Shown: positions 47,739 through 57,813 of the stretch, piece after piece | How positions within the stretch are numbered: the first letter of the stretch is position 1 | How the letters are laid out: each line of letters starts with the position of its first letter | Assembly: GCA_963677495.2 (NCBI GenBank) | Contig: CAXXOU010000004.1 | Location: forward strand, 832,001 to 896,000 | Source: Candidatus Cloacimonadales bacterium | GTDB taxonomy: Bacteria > Cloacimonadota > Cloacimonadia > Cloacimonadales > JAFGVF01 | Direction: 5' to 3' | DNA length: 64,000 nucleotides | Translations under genes and position numbers: made by a program | The notes under the pieces: model-generated | Databases searched by the model: none | Seen by the model: only the letters and a program-made list of their open reading frames with translations | Told to the model about the DNA's origin: nothing

Positions 47739-48506
47739 ATGAACAATAACTTTTATAGACATTTAGCAGAATTTATTACTAATAGCACACCGGCATGGAT
47801 TGTTACAATAACCGATGTAGATGGCTCATCTCCAGCGGCAGAAGGTATGAAAATGCTTATTTCTGAAGATGGAGGAGAAGTACATGGTTCTATTGGTGGT
47901 GGAGACATTGAATATCAAATCATTGACCTCGTAAGAACTGAGAAACCTTTGCAAACTAAATCGATAGAGTTTGACTTAGGAAAACTTGAAACAAATGATA
48001 TGATTTGTGGTGGTATCGCAAAAGTAATGATTGAACCGCTTAATCAGCATCCGGTTCTCTATATCTATGGTGCCGGTCATTGTGGGATTGCTCTGAGTTC
48101 TCTGGCCTCTAAATGTGGATTCAGAGTAGTAATTGCTGATAGTAGAAAGGAATGGGCTAACTCTAATAAGCATCCTGATGCTGAAAGATTTGAGATTATT
48201 GATTATTCTCAAGCTGGAGATATCATTGCTAATCAGAAGAAAGCTTATGCTGTTATCATGACTTTTGGACATCAACATGATGAAGAAGTTCTCGAATCTC
48301 TTGTGAAAATGGATTTACATTATCTGGGTATGATGGGAAGTAAAAGTAAAACAAAAGAAGTATTCGATAACCTTATGCAAAAGGGAATAAAGCAACCGCA
48401 GCTAGATAAAGTTCATGCGCCAATCGGACTAAAAATTGGTTCAAGAACACCATGGGAAATTGCCGTAAGTATTATGGCTGAGATGATAAAAGTAAAATGT
48501 GAATAG
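47739..48506 (+). CDS. XdhC/CoxI family xanthine dehydrogenase accessory factor
   Basis: GSSP...G.KM, GSIGGG, MICGG, GAGH, GMMGSK.K, APIGL.IG..TP.EIAVSI.AE. Confidence 0.92.
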   Translation: MNNNFYRHLAEFITNSTPAWIVTITDVDGSSPAAEGMKMLISEDGGEVHGSIGGGDIEYQIIDLVRTEKPLQTKSIEFDLGKLETNDMICGGIAKVMIEPLNQHPVLYIYGAGHCGIALSSLASKCGFRVVIADSRKEWANSNKHPDAERFEIIDYSQAGDIIANQKKAYAVIMTFGHQHDEEVLESLVKMDLHYLGMMGSKSKTKEVFDNLMQKGIKQPQLDKVHAPIGLKIGSRTPWEIAVSIMAEMIKVKCE

Positions 48507-48508
48507 AA

Positions 48509-48943
48509 CTATTTATTCTCTCTTTTGATGCTTTCATAAATCCAAGCGGAAACGATAAAGAATTTATATATCAAAAGATAGCAGATTATAACTGTTATCC
48601 AGAAGGTCTTTCCAAACATAGCTTTCAACTCACAACCATTATAAAAGCTTAAGTCTTTTATCGCGATAGAAAATGAAGTAAAACTAGGAATTATCCATGA
48701 TAAAGAGGCAAACATTCGTCTATACCAGGTTGGAAGCATTGTAACCCCTTTAGCAGCCTCTGGCATTATGGCATGGATACCCATTAGAAAAGCAGGACAT
48801 GAAACTGCAAATGTGCCTATGAGTGTCTTTAATCCTAAATCTCCGATAAACATAACCATTACAGAAAAAAGCGCACTATAGATTACTGCAATCAGATAAT
48901 GAATCCATATTTTTGAAAAGTCAATTTTCATGAAAAACTCCAT
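48509..48943 (-). CDS. Hypothetical membrane protein
   Basis: 144-aa ORF with about 4 hydrophobic segments; no family recognised. Confidence 0.55.
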   Translation of the reverse strand: MEFFMKIDFSKIWIHYLIAVIYSALFSVMVMFIGDLGLKTLIGTFAVSCPAFLMGIHAIMPEAAKGVTMLPTWYRRMFASLSWIIPSFTSFSIAIKDLSFYNGCELKAMFGKTFWITVIICYLLIYKFFIVSAWIYESIKRENK

Positions 48944-49065
48944 TGTTTAAGTGGTGCAACATTGCATTATCAGGTATTATTAGCAAGATAATTCGCTTTA
49001 AATTTTGCTTGTCACCAAATTAACCTATATTTTCAGTGTGACTGTCAGAGTTCAAAGGAGGACTT

Positions 49066-49932
49066 ATGAACGGAAAGAAAAAATATGCCAGTCTCTTCAG
49101 AAGATGCAATGAACAAGAGTATAAGACAGCATTTGCATTTTTTTACTTCGATAGTAAAAAAGGGGAGACTTGGGAGACACCTTTTAAAAAATTAGTTGAT
49201 CTGGCTGATAATGAAAGCTGGAATTTTACATCAAAAGATGCGAAAAATAGATATAGAAATCAGGACATTCCAATCTTAACTAATTACTTGAACTATACTT
49301 TTATGAGACTTCAAGATGAGAATAAGATTTGTTATAGTAATTCAGGGAACTGGTCTTGTTTTAACACTGGGCTGCAGACTAAATATGGATCTGATATTTT
49401 TGCCATTTTCTCTAAAAATAGTAATGATAATGGAGATGCTTGTCACTGGTATTTTCAAGACTTTATAAAATCCAATGATGATAGAATGAAATATTATTCT
49501 TATGCACCGGAACTTGCTGATTATATTGTTAATCCTGCAGAGCTTATCTTTGATTATAAACTTGATATTGAGATTAACTATGAACATATAATTGAAGATA
49601 ATATTGAACGTTTCCCTAAAGAGCTAAATCGAAATCAAATGCTTATCCGAAATGCTCTTTTTGGTGCTGTAGAAGCTTCTAAGAAGAAGATACGTAGAAA
49701 TTACCATTACAGTGTTCCTATTTGGCATAAAGATAGTATTCAACTATTAATGCCGGTAGCTCTTGTTAACCCTGAGAACAGACCCGATATGGCAATCGTT
49801 CTAGATAAACAAGAATCACCTGAGGATAATAGCAAATCATTATACATAGCTAGAACAGTTTTAACAATGGACCAAGCATATATGAATGCAAGACTAATCG
49901 CTAAAACTGGAAGGACTTGGTTAGTACCCTAA
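49066..49932 (+). CDS. DUF3825 domain protein
   Basis: LA..E.W, IL.NYL.YTF.RL, FNTGL, HI..DN..RFP, RNY...VP..H...QLL.P, T.LT..QAY.NARLI; strong AAGGAGG RBS. Confidence 0.75.
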   Translation: MNGKKKYASLFRRCNEQEYKTAFAFFYFDSKKGETWETPFKKLVDLADNESWNFTSKDAKNRYRNQDIPILTNYLNYTFMRLQDENKICYSNSGNWSCFNTGLQTKYGSDIFAIFSKNSNDNGDACHWYFQDFIKSNDDRMKYYSYAPELADYIVNPAELIFDYKLDIEINYEHIIEDNIERFPKELNRNQMLIRNALFGAVEASKKKIRRNYHYSVPIWHKDSIQLLMPVALVNPENRPDMAIVLDKQESPEDNSKSLYIARTVLTMDQAYMNARLIAKTGRTWLVP

Positions 49933-49994
49933 AATACTTAAAACTAATTTATTATTAAGCTCTAATCGATGCTTCATTAGTCTTTCATAATTCA

Positions 49995-50272
49995 CGGGAC
50001 ACACTCGGGACTTTTCCCGAGAAATTCCCTTGTAAGTCGCATAAAACTCCCAAATAATCCCCGCGAGTTGTGATAGGTTAGTGAAAGTGTGGATTGCATC
50101 AGCTGCGAAGATACACCAGCCACTCGACCGCTTTATGGAGTTTGTCAGATATGAAGCTTGCGGAGCGGGAACGGACTTCATCAAAAGCACACAGCATAAC
50201 CTACATCAATACGGGTTTTGTGCTAATTCAGAAAGTGCCACATACAAACCGACTCAGTCGGTTAAATCCATA
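49995..50272. repeat. Mosaic of palindromic modules, locus 7
   Basis: Phased CGGGA/TCCCG array 49995-50063; 50091-50130 ~ 3487-3525; 50137-50190 ~ 3335-3378; 50244-50272 ~ 3455-3483. Confidence 0.75.
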
Positions 50273-50278
50273 GTTGGG

Positions 50279-51106
50279 TTATTTAGCAAATACAATTATA
50301 CTGAAAATGGCGATTACTATCATAAATGCAGGACTGATAAACGCAAGCCACTTTGTATCTTTTAGTTTTGTCTTTTGGATAGCACCATAGGGGAGAAGTG
50401 AGAAGATTGTAAGACTTAAACTCATGCCTAAACCGATTGATAGTGTAGCGATAATGATTTTAACAAAATCATTGGTTGTAAGCATTAGATAATTAATTAC
50501 CAGTAGCGTGGCAGGACATGGTACAATACCAATGGCAAGCACTAAAGTCCAGAAGGTTAGCTTCCTGTTTTTCTTACTTGTAAGATTATTTACTATCATT
50601 GAGACAGCTACAATGATAATTAAGGCAAAAGAGGAGAGCTGGGCAAACCTGATAATTGAGTCTGAATGCTTAATAACCGAAAGATTACTTATCCCTTTCA
50701 GCACCATGAGCAATAAAAATGTAGATATTGCATGCACAATCCCGATTAAGAACGTACTTCTGACCCGTTTAATTCGATTCATCGGGTTAGCTGAGAAGTA
50801 ACCGATTATGAATAACTTACCATGACCTGGGCCTAAAGCATGAACCAATCCATAAAGAAAGATAAGAAAACAGAATGTAATGAATCCTTCTTTAGTCTTA
50901 AGTTTCTTATTAACCTTATGCATACGAAAACGAATCTCTCGTTGGAGTTTTAATAGAGGTTTGAATGATGGACCTGTAGAGTAAGTTGGTTTGGCGACTC
51001 GAATAGAATCGGCTTTTGGTGCTGCATGCCTATTTCCTATCAACGGATTTGCGAATGCAGTGGTGAATGATATAATAATCAGAAATACAGCAATGTATCT
51101 ATTCAT
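50279..51106 (-). CDS. Nickel/cobalt transporter (HoxN/RcnA/NiCoT-like)
   Basis: LYG.VHALGPGHGK and G.VPCP motifs; multiple TMs. Confidence 0.8.
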   Translation of the reverse strand: MNRYIAVFLIIISFTTAFANPLIGNRHAAPKADSIRVAKPTYSTGPSFKPLLKLQREIRFRMHKVNKKLKTKEGFITFCFLIFLYGLVHALGPGHGKLFIIGYFSANPMNRIKRVRSTFLIGIVHAISTFLLLMVLKGISNLSVIKHSDSIIRFAQLSSFALIIIVAVSMIVNNLTSKKNRKLTFWTLVLAIGIVPCPATLLVINYLMLTTNDFVKIIIATLSIGLGMSLSLTIFSLLPYGAIQKTKLKDTKWLAFISPAFMIVIAIFSIIVFAK

Positions 51107-51650
51107 TAACTGTTATCTCAAACTGAGGAACCGGTAGTTTCCCATACATCTCAAAGTTGACTCTAACTCGTTTTTCTTCAAATGATACGTTTTGCAGATC
51201 CTGAGATTTTGACATCAGAGCACACACTTCAATATAGTATGTTGGGTCATAACTAATGATTTTAGCGTTTTTCTTTGGTAATATGTATTCAAATGTGTAA
51301 TGGACATCTTCTTCGTCTATATATGCCTTAAAATTGCTTACAGAATTTATTGTGAAAGCACTCTCATTAACTTTAACATCATAAAGGTAATTGAAGTTCT
51401 GTACAAAGTTGAAAGCATTGACTTCTAAAGAATCGATTTCCGCACCTTCAAACAATCCATTCTTATCATAATCAAAGTCCTCGATAAGACTCAAAGAAAA
51501 GTATGGATCAAATTGCCAGTCTGTTTGAATAAGTAATGAATCACTTGAATGAGTTGCAATAGTAATCTTACTATCAATGAACATGTGAGGGTGAGCAAAC
51601 ATGTTTAAAGATATAAGCAGTAAAACAAAGATTAGTATAAGTTTATTCAT
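51099..51650 (-). CDS. DUF1007 family periplasmic protein
   Basis: Signal peptide, AHPHMFID, W.FD.YFS, YDPTYY; adjacent to the Ni/Co transporter. Confidence 0.82.
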   Translation of the reverse strand: MNKLILIFVLLLISLNMFAHPHMFIDSKITIATHSSDSLLIQTDWQFDPYFSLSLIEDFDYDKNGLFEGAEIDSLEVNAFNFVQNFNYLYDVKVNESAFTINSVSNFKAYIDEEDVHYTFEYILPKKNAKIISYDPTYYIEVCALMSKSQDLQNVSFEEKRVRVNFEMYGKLPVPQFEITVNE

Positions 51651-52581
51651 TGATAACATACCTAAAGCCTAGTCCTGAATTCTTGTATAATGGGCATTTG
51701 TACTTCTCGATAGGGTATTTAGAGTCGATCTCTTCATTGTTTTGAAAGCAAATCATTTCATTACAACCACCACAAGAAGATGAAGCCGGAGGTGTACCTG
51801 TTAGAGTCCATTCTGAAACACCTGTTGTGACATTTTCCACTTTAGCAGTCACATCTTTCTGAACTTTACTAGCAATGGTGGTAGGGAAGAGGAGTTCTAT
51901 TTGTCTGTGATTTGGAAGTGTTACGTTTAATGTATTACAAAAAGCATTAATCTCAAACCAAGTAACTCCGGTAACAGGATCATTCGGTTTGTTTAAACGA
52001 GCGTCCTTGTACCATGGAGTGTTTCTATAACTCCATTGCATTGGCTTAGTAAGTCTTTTAAGACCTTGATAGAACCATCCTATCTTAGGATCTTTCATCA
52101 AGTCCTTCCTGATAGTCCATTTATCTTCTATTTCATATCCGTCAGCCAAAATGAACTGCTTGTATTGTTCATTTGTGACTTCAAATTTGCTTATAAAGAA
52201 CGCCTTTACAGAAATCTGTTCAAGTATTCGTTCTTTAATCTCACAACTGTATCTACCTGCTGGAACATAAACCATTTCGGAATAGAGGAAATCATTAGTA
52301 AACAACTCCATTCTATACTCATCAAATTCTCTTTTAGGAATTGAAATAGTTCTTTCTACCTTATCTACAACATCTTCTGTTATTTCTTCTCTGTAAACTT
52401 GTGCTTCCCCGTTGTGATAAAGTGTGAGAAGAACTTCAGAATTTGAAGGCACATCTACCAAGAAGTATTTAAACTCAAGCATTTCATTCTCTTCTGATGC
52501 AATAGTATCGAAGAGTACTGGGAAAGCTAATGTCGAAACATAGGCTACAAGCATTGCTGTGAGTATATATATTCTTCTCAA
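51643..52581 (-). CDS. Secreted protein with formylglycine-generating enzyme (FGE/SUMF1)-like domain
   Basis: MVYVPAG, FFISKFEVTN.QY..F, PV.GVTW.E..AFC, VSEW, GFR motifs. Confidence 0.7.
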   Translation of the reverse strand: MRRIYILTAMLVAYVSTLAFPVLFDTIASEENEMLEFKYFLVDVPSNSEVLLTLYHNGEAQVYREEITEDVVDKVERTISIPKREFDEYRMELFTNDFLYSEMVYVPAGRYSCEIKERILEQISVKAFFISKFEVTNEQYKQFILADGYEIEDKWTIRKDLMKDPKIGWFYQGLKRLTKPMQWSYRNTPWYKDARLNKPNDPVTGVTWFEINAFCNTLNVTLPNHRQIELLFPTTIASKVQKDVTAKVENVTTGVSEWTLTGTPPASSSCGGCNEMICFQNNEEIDSKYPIEKYKCPLYKNSGLGFRYVINE

Positions 52582-52587
52582 ATTATT

Positions 52588-54477
52588 CTATCCTGCATGA
52601 AACTGCATATTATAAAGCATTTTGTATCTATCACATGTCTTCAAAAGTTCATCATGCTTCCCAATACCAACAATGTTACCTTTATCCATCACAACTATCT
52701 TATCGGCTGAAATGACTGTGGAAAGTCTATGGGCAATCATGATAACAGTTCTATGGGCAGTAGCACTTTCTATTGCCTGTTGGACTTTCTGCTCTGATTC
52801 TGTGTCTAAAGCACTTGTGGCTTCATCGAAGATAAGAATTGGTGGATCACCTGCAACTGCTCTGGCGATACATAAACGTTGCTTTTGCCCACCTGATAGA
52901 TTTGAAGCTTTTGGAGCTATTTCAGTTTTATATCCCTCCTGCATTGTATCGATGAACTCATCTGCATAAGCAATCTTCGCAGCTTCTTGAATCTTCTCAT
53001 CTGATAAACCATTAAGAGTACCATAGGAGATATTCTCTGCAACGGTTGCATTGAAAAGAATAGATTCCTGAGTAACATAGCCATAAAGACTACGCAAATC
53101 ATCAACAGCAAGTTCATGAATGGATTTACCATCTATTTTAATATCTCCACCGGTTACATCATAGAAACGAAGTAATAGATTTACAAGAGTTGTTTTACCT
53201 GAACCACTATTACCAACTAATGCTACCCGTTCACCTTTGTTTATCTTTAAATCAATCGCTTTCAACACATCAGTTTCTTTGTCATAAGAGAATACAGTTT
53301 TCTCAAATGTAATAGCTTTGTTGAAACTATCAATTCTGATAGGGTTTTCAATTTCAGTAACATCCTCATCTCTATTAAGGATTTCACCAATACGGTCTAA
53401 TGATACCAGACCTTTTCTAATATTCGAGTAAGCTTTAGTGAGTTCTTTTAAAGGATGCATTGTTGAGAATATAGCGAAAAGAAATGCCATAAAGTTACCG
53501 ATGGAGAAACCTGTGGCTTGATCAAGAACAAGTTTACCACCAATGATCAGGAGTACAGCTCCCATAATAGCACTTGAAAGCTCTGAGATAGGTATATTAA
53601 AGCTAGTATAGAGGTGTGATTTTCTCCATAATTTATAGTATTTAAAACTTACTCCCTTGAACTTATCTTCTTCAGAATGCTCTTTAGAAAAGGCTTTAAC
53701 TACTTTCATGTTACTGAGTACTTCTTCCATGTATGAGAACATTGTTGAATACTGTCCCTGCTGACGTTTAGCATACTTTTTAAGCTTTTGGCCTATGAAG
53801 TTTATTAACCAACCGAACCCGGGAAGAATAAGCAGAATCATTAAGAATAGTTTTGAGTTTATTGCAATAGCAATGTAACCATACATGATTACAAGTGAGA
53901 TGTTTCTCATTATAGCTAAAGCAGAACCAATGAACTGGTCACTCACTATCTGTATATCTGATATCATCCTCACTAATGAATCTCCAGTCTTATTATCTTG
54001 GAAGAATGCCATAGATTGGTATAAGTACTTCTTAAATAAACTGGTTCTTAGTTCATATACAGTTCTACCCCTAAGAGTTAATGAAAAGACTCTATTAAGG
54101 TAAAAGAAAGTATTTTTTAGAAGGTAAATAGAGACAAAGCCGATACTTATAATCCAGAGAAGCATATAGGAATCCGTTTTCATACATAAAGCTTCAAATT
54201 GAGTACCAAGTGTTTTTAATATCTCATGATCTAAATTAAAGAGGGAGTGTTCACTCAGGAACTGTGAGATAATCATCTGAGCTTGAGAAAGAAACTCACT
54301 TGCAGTTGTAATAGTTACATCTTTTGGTGAATCGACGAATACATAGTCTAAAATAGGAACTATCATTGTGATACTCAATCCACTAAAAACAGTGAATATA
54401 AGCATTGCAATGAGACTTCCGACTAAATATTTCCAATTCTTTAGTGCTATTTTATATACTTTCTTTAATGTTTCCAT
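52588..54477 (-). CDS. ABC exporter, MsbA-like lipid flippase
   Basis: TM domain plus GNSGSGKT, LSGGQKQR, DEATSALD and AHRLST motifs. Confidence 0.88.
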   Translation of the reverse strand: METLKKVYKIALKNWKYLVGSLIAMLIFTVFSGLSITMIVPILDYVFVDSPKDVTITTASEFLSQAQMIISQFLSEHSLFNLDHEILKTLGTQFEALCMKTDSYMLLWIISIGFVSIYLLKNTFFYLNRVFSLTLRGRTVYELRTSLFKKYLYQSMAFFQDNKTGDSLVRMISDIQIVSDQFIGSALAIMRNISLVIMYGYIAIAINSKLFLMILLILPGFGWLINFIGQKLKKYAKRQQGQYSTMFSYMEEVLSNMKVVKAFSKEHSEEDKFKGVSFKYYKLWRKSHLYTSFNIPISELSSAIMGAVLLIIGGKLVLDQATGFSIGNFMAFLFAIFSTMHPLKELTKAYSNIRKGLVSLDRIGEILNRDEDVTEIENPIRIDSFNKAITFEKTVFSYDKETDVLKAIDLKINKGERVALVGNSGSGKTTLVNLLLRFYDVTGGDIKIDGKSIHELAVDDLRSLYGYVTQESILFNATVAENISYGTLNGLSDEKIQEAAKIAYADEFIDTMQEGYKTEIAPKASNLSGGQKQRLCIARAVAGDPPILIFDEATSALDTESEQKVQQAIESATAHRTVIMIAHRLSTVISADKIVVMDKGNIVGIGKHDELLKTCDRYKMLYNMQFHAG

Positions 54478-54540
54478 AGTCTCTTCTTAAAAGTTTTTTG
54501 TAAGGGTAAATATTGGTGGGATTTGTCAACAATAATGCAT

Positions 54541-54578
54541 AAAAAAAGAAAGAAAGCTGCCCTTAGACAGCTTTCTTT
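54541..54578 (-). terminator. Rho-independent terminator after secF
   Basis: AAAGAAAGCTG...CAGCTTTCTTT hairpin with an A-run on the left. Confidence 0.7.
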
Positions 54579-54592
54579 TGAAATGTATATTC

Positions 54593-55555
54593 TTATTTGC
54601 GACCGGTCATCTTCTTGAAACGAGGATGATCTTTCTTAGTTGCATGGAACCAGTCTACAACGATTGGGCTTGCAACGAAGATTGATGAGTATGTACCTGT
54701 GATAACACCCACAAGGATAGCAAATGAGAAGTCTTTGATAACAGTTCCACCAAAGATATACAGAGACAACGCAGTAAGGATAGTTGTACCTGATGTAATG
54801 ATGGTTCTGCTCAATGTTTTATTGATTGAGAAGTTGAAAACGTTAGCATAGCTGTCGCGATGACGTTTTCTTAAATCTTCACGGATTCTATCGAAAACAA
54901 CGATACTATCGTTTATTGAGTAACCAACAAGCATGAGCAATGCAGCTACGATACTTGTAGAAATCTCTTTTCCGAAGATAGAGAAGATACTGAGTGTGAT
55001 AAGAACATCATGGAAAAGTGCAATCATAGCTGCAACACCAAAGGTAAGCTCGAATCTAATCCAGATATAGATAATCATAAGGATAAGAGATACGAAGATT
55101 GCTTTGATAGCTTGCCATTTAAGTTCTTCACCAACTCTAGGACCAATTTCCTGCTGTAAACGAACAAAATCTTTTTCAGATTTATTCGCATATTCAGGTA
55201 ACTCAGTTTTGAAAGCTTTAAGGATAGCTGACATCTGGTCACCTTCTTCAGAAGTCTGGGCTTTAATTAAGAAGATTTGACTGTCTGCACCACCGAGTTT
55301 CTGAATCTCAGCACTGCTCTGGCCAACTTTCTTCATTACGTCACGAATAACATCAATTTCAACCGGTGTTGTACCTTCTTTCACTGGTGTGAAATCAAGT
55401 TCTAATGAGATACCACCTGTGAAGTCGATACCATATTTTGGCCCACCATTGATAACCATTGCAACGATACCTGCAAGGATAACAAAAGCGGAAATCATAT
55501 AAGCGATTTTACGTTTTTCAATGAACTGGAAGTTTGTGTTTGCTAATAATCTCAC
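54593..55555 (-). CDS. secF: Protein translocase subunit SecF
   Basis: GIDFTGG, IGP.VG.EL, AL.HDV, GYSIND.IVVFDRIRE, TLSRT. Confidence 0.96.
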   Translation of the reverse strand: MRLLANTNFQFIEKRKIAYMISAFVILAGIVAMVINGGPKYGIDFTGGISLELDFTPVKEGTTPVEIDVIRDVMKKVGQSSAEIQKLGGADSQIFLIKAQTSEEGDQMSAILKAFKTELPEYANKSEKDFVRLQQEIGPRVGEELKWQAIKAIFVSLILMIIYIWIRFELTFGVAAMIALFHDVLITLSIFSIFGKEISTSIVAALLMLVGYSINDSIVVFDRIREDLRKRHRDSYANVFNFSINKTLSRTIITSGTTILTALSLYIFGGTVIKDFSFAILVGVITGTYSSIFVASPIVVDWFHATKKDHPRFKKMTGRK

Positions 55556-55564
55556 GGTGACCTC

Positions 55565-57208
55565 CTAAATGCTCAACTTTTCGCGGTTACCGCTTGTTAC
55601 GAAAGTATCAAATAATGCTTTCACAAATACGATAGCAGTGAACATAGAACCTACAATACCGATTCCAAGTGTCACAGCAAATCCACGAATAGGACCTGTT
55701 CCGAAGTTATAAAGAACAATCGCTGCAATCAATGTTGTGATGTTAGCGTCAGCGATTGTGATAATAGCTCTTGCAAAACCTGCATCAACTGCAGATCTGA
55801 CTGTCTTACCAAGTGCAAGTTCTTCTCTGATTCTTTCGAAAATAAGAACGTTTGCATCAACTGCCATACCGATAGTAAGAATAAGACCGGCGATACCAGG
55901 CATTGTTAATGTTGCACCGAAAAGTGTAAGGATAGAAAGTGTGAATGCAATATTCAATACTAAAGCAAAGTTTGCGAATAAACCACCGATTTTGTAGTAT
56001 ATAAGCATGAAGATAGCAACAATAACCAGACCGATGATACCAGCCATTTTACCAGCTTGAATACTATCTGTACCAAGAGTAGCACCAACGTCTTTACGTT
56101 CGATAATCTCTACAGGTGCAGGAAGGTTACCGGCTTTAAGAACGATAACAAGGTCATGTGCTTCAGCCATATTGAATACACCACTAATGATAGCTCTACC
56201 ATCAGGGATTCTATCATTGATTCTTGGTGCCATATAAACAACATCATCAAGAACGATAGCAAGCATACGGTTTCTGTTTTGACCGGTAATGTTGGCAAAC
56301 TTTTTAGCACCGTTTCTGTTGAACTCAAGATTGATGATTGGTTTGTTATATGTGTTAGGATCACTCATGTTCTTACCTGTTGATGTATGTGCATCATCAA
56401 GGTAATCACCTGTAATCTCAGCATTAGAATAAAGTATATATATACCTCTGTCTGCTTTAGGATCATCTTTATCATCTTTACTAAGAGCTAACTGATAGTT
56501 TGATGGGAAAGATCTTTTGAAAGCAGGATCATCAAGAAGTTTCTTAAAGAAAGGTACATAATCATAAGCAATAGTATAAGGTCTGTCACCACTATTAATA
56601 AGGTTAGTGAAGACTTTATCCTTTTCATCTAAGAGGTCAGTTTCAACTGTCTCAGATGTAGTTGATGTAGAATCAGCTGCATCATCACTAAGGATGTCAG
56701 AAGCTACATCAGCATCTGCTTTTGCAATCTCTTCAGTAATTTCACTTAAGAAACTGTACTTATCGAGGTTTTTCTGTAAGTATTCATCGATACTGGTGAG
56801 AACTTTTTCATACTCATTTTGTTCTGCAACGAGTTTGAACTCAAGGCGTGCTGTACGTCCGATAAGGTTCTTAGCTCTGTCAAATTCCTGAATACCGGGT
56901 AACTGAACAAGAATTCTGTTCTCTCCGATTCTCTGGATTGACGGTTCTGTAACACCAAATTGGTCGATACGGTTTCTAATAATTTCAATGGCAGATTGAA
57001 CAGCGTTTTCTTTGTCAGCTTTATTGATTTTAACTTCACTGAAGTCAACTTCTAAAAGCAGTTGCATACCACCCTTCAAGTCTAAACCAAGATTCAGTTG
57101 CTTCTGAGCCCAACCCCATGGGATACCCGGTACAAATTGTAGGGTAAAATAGAGGGACAGAAGTATGAACAGGAATATTAACATTCCTCGTACTGATCTG
57201 TTTTTCAT
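55565..57208 (-). CDS. secD: Protein translocase subunit SecD
   Basis: LGLDLKGG, RID.FGV.EP, AIVLD, L.AG.LP, GMAVDANVLIFERIREE. Confidence 0.96.
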   Translation of the reverse strand: MKNRSVRGMLIFLFILLSLYFTLQFVPGIPWGWAQKQLNLGLDLKGGMQLLLEVDFSEVKINKADKENAVQSAIEIIRNRIDQFGVTEPSIQRIGENRILVQLPGIQEFDRAKNLIGRTARLEFKLVAEQNEYEKVLTSIDEYLQKNLDKYSFLSEITEEIAKADADVASDILSDDAADSTSTTSETVETDLLDEKDKVFTNLINSGDRPYTIAYDYVPFFKKLLDDPAFKRSFPSNYQLALSKDDKDDPKADRGIYILYSNAEITGDYLDDAHTSTGKNMSDPNTYNKPIINLEFNRNGAKKFANITGQNRNRMLAIVLDDVVYMAPRINDRIPDGRAIISGVFNMAEAHDLVIVLKAGNLPAPVEIIERKDVGATLGTDSIQAGKMAGIIGLVIVAIFMLIYYKIGGLFANFALVLNIAFTLSILTLFGATLTMPGIAGLILTIGMAVDANVLIFERIREELALGKTVRSAVDAGFARAIITIADANITTLIAAIVLYNFGTGPIRGFAVTLGIGIVGSMFTAIVFVKALFDTFVTSGNREKLSI

Positions 57209-57274
57209 GATCTACTTCTCCTGTTTTATTGATTTTTATTTATCTATATTGTTTATCGAGTGGGGAAGTGGTGT

Positions 57275-57484
57275 CTATAATCTCAAAACCAATGGATGGA
57301 AAGGAACCTGACAGATATACTTGCGGATGGCTAAGAGGAAGTTCAACTCTGTAAGAATTATAAGCCACTTATATCTGATTAACGAGCGGAAAGATTTTAC
57401 AAACTTACCGAAGAAAGAGGTAAGTGTAATATATAAATGTACGATAGCTTCATATTGAAGCAGATACTTTATTTCTTCCTGCAT
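57275..57484 (-). CDS. Small ORF upstream of secD, candidate leader/arrest peptide
   Basis: 69 aa, ATG with AAGGAA upstream and TTGACT about 60 nt upstream, same strand as secD and ending 66 nt before it; no homology recognised. Confidence 0.4.
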   Translation of the reverse strand: MQEEIKYLLQYEAIVHLYITLTSFFGKFVKSFRSLIRYKWLIILTELNFLLAIRKYICQVPFHPLVLRL

Positions 57485-57813
57485 TAACGCAAATTTCCTT
57501 TTATCTGAGATTTATCAGATCAAGTTCGATAATTGCAGACATTGAGTCAAGCTATTTTATTTGGCACTTATGATAATCCACTTCATATCTTCATACCATT
57601 ACACTTTCATTGAGCAGTCATCCAATAGATTCAATAGATTAAGTGCATCATTAGAGCATAACCGTGAAAGCAAAATACAATTACTGAGATGTCAAGTTAC
57701 TTGATAGAATATATAAGCAATTATTGTGAATAAGAATTGTTTAAATATCAATAGTAAGTTCATCCGAATACTATATGAGATTGAAAATTGATAGCAATCA
57801 TAATCTGAGTTTC

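Noticed and set aside
57575..57670. CATT/CAAT-rich stretch as another phased array or ncRNA
   Set aside because: No consistent period or stable fold could be established by eye
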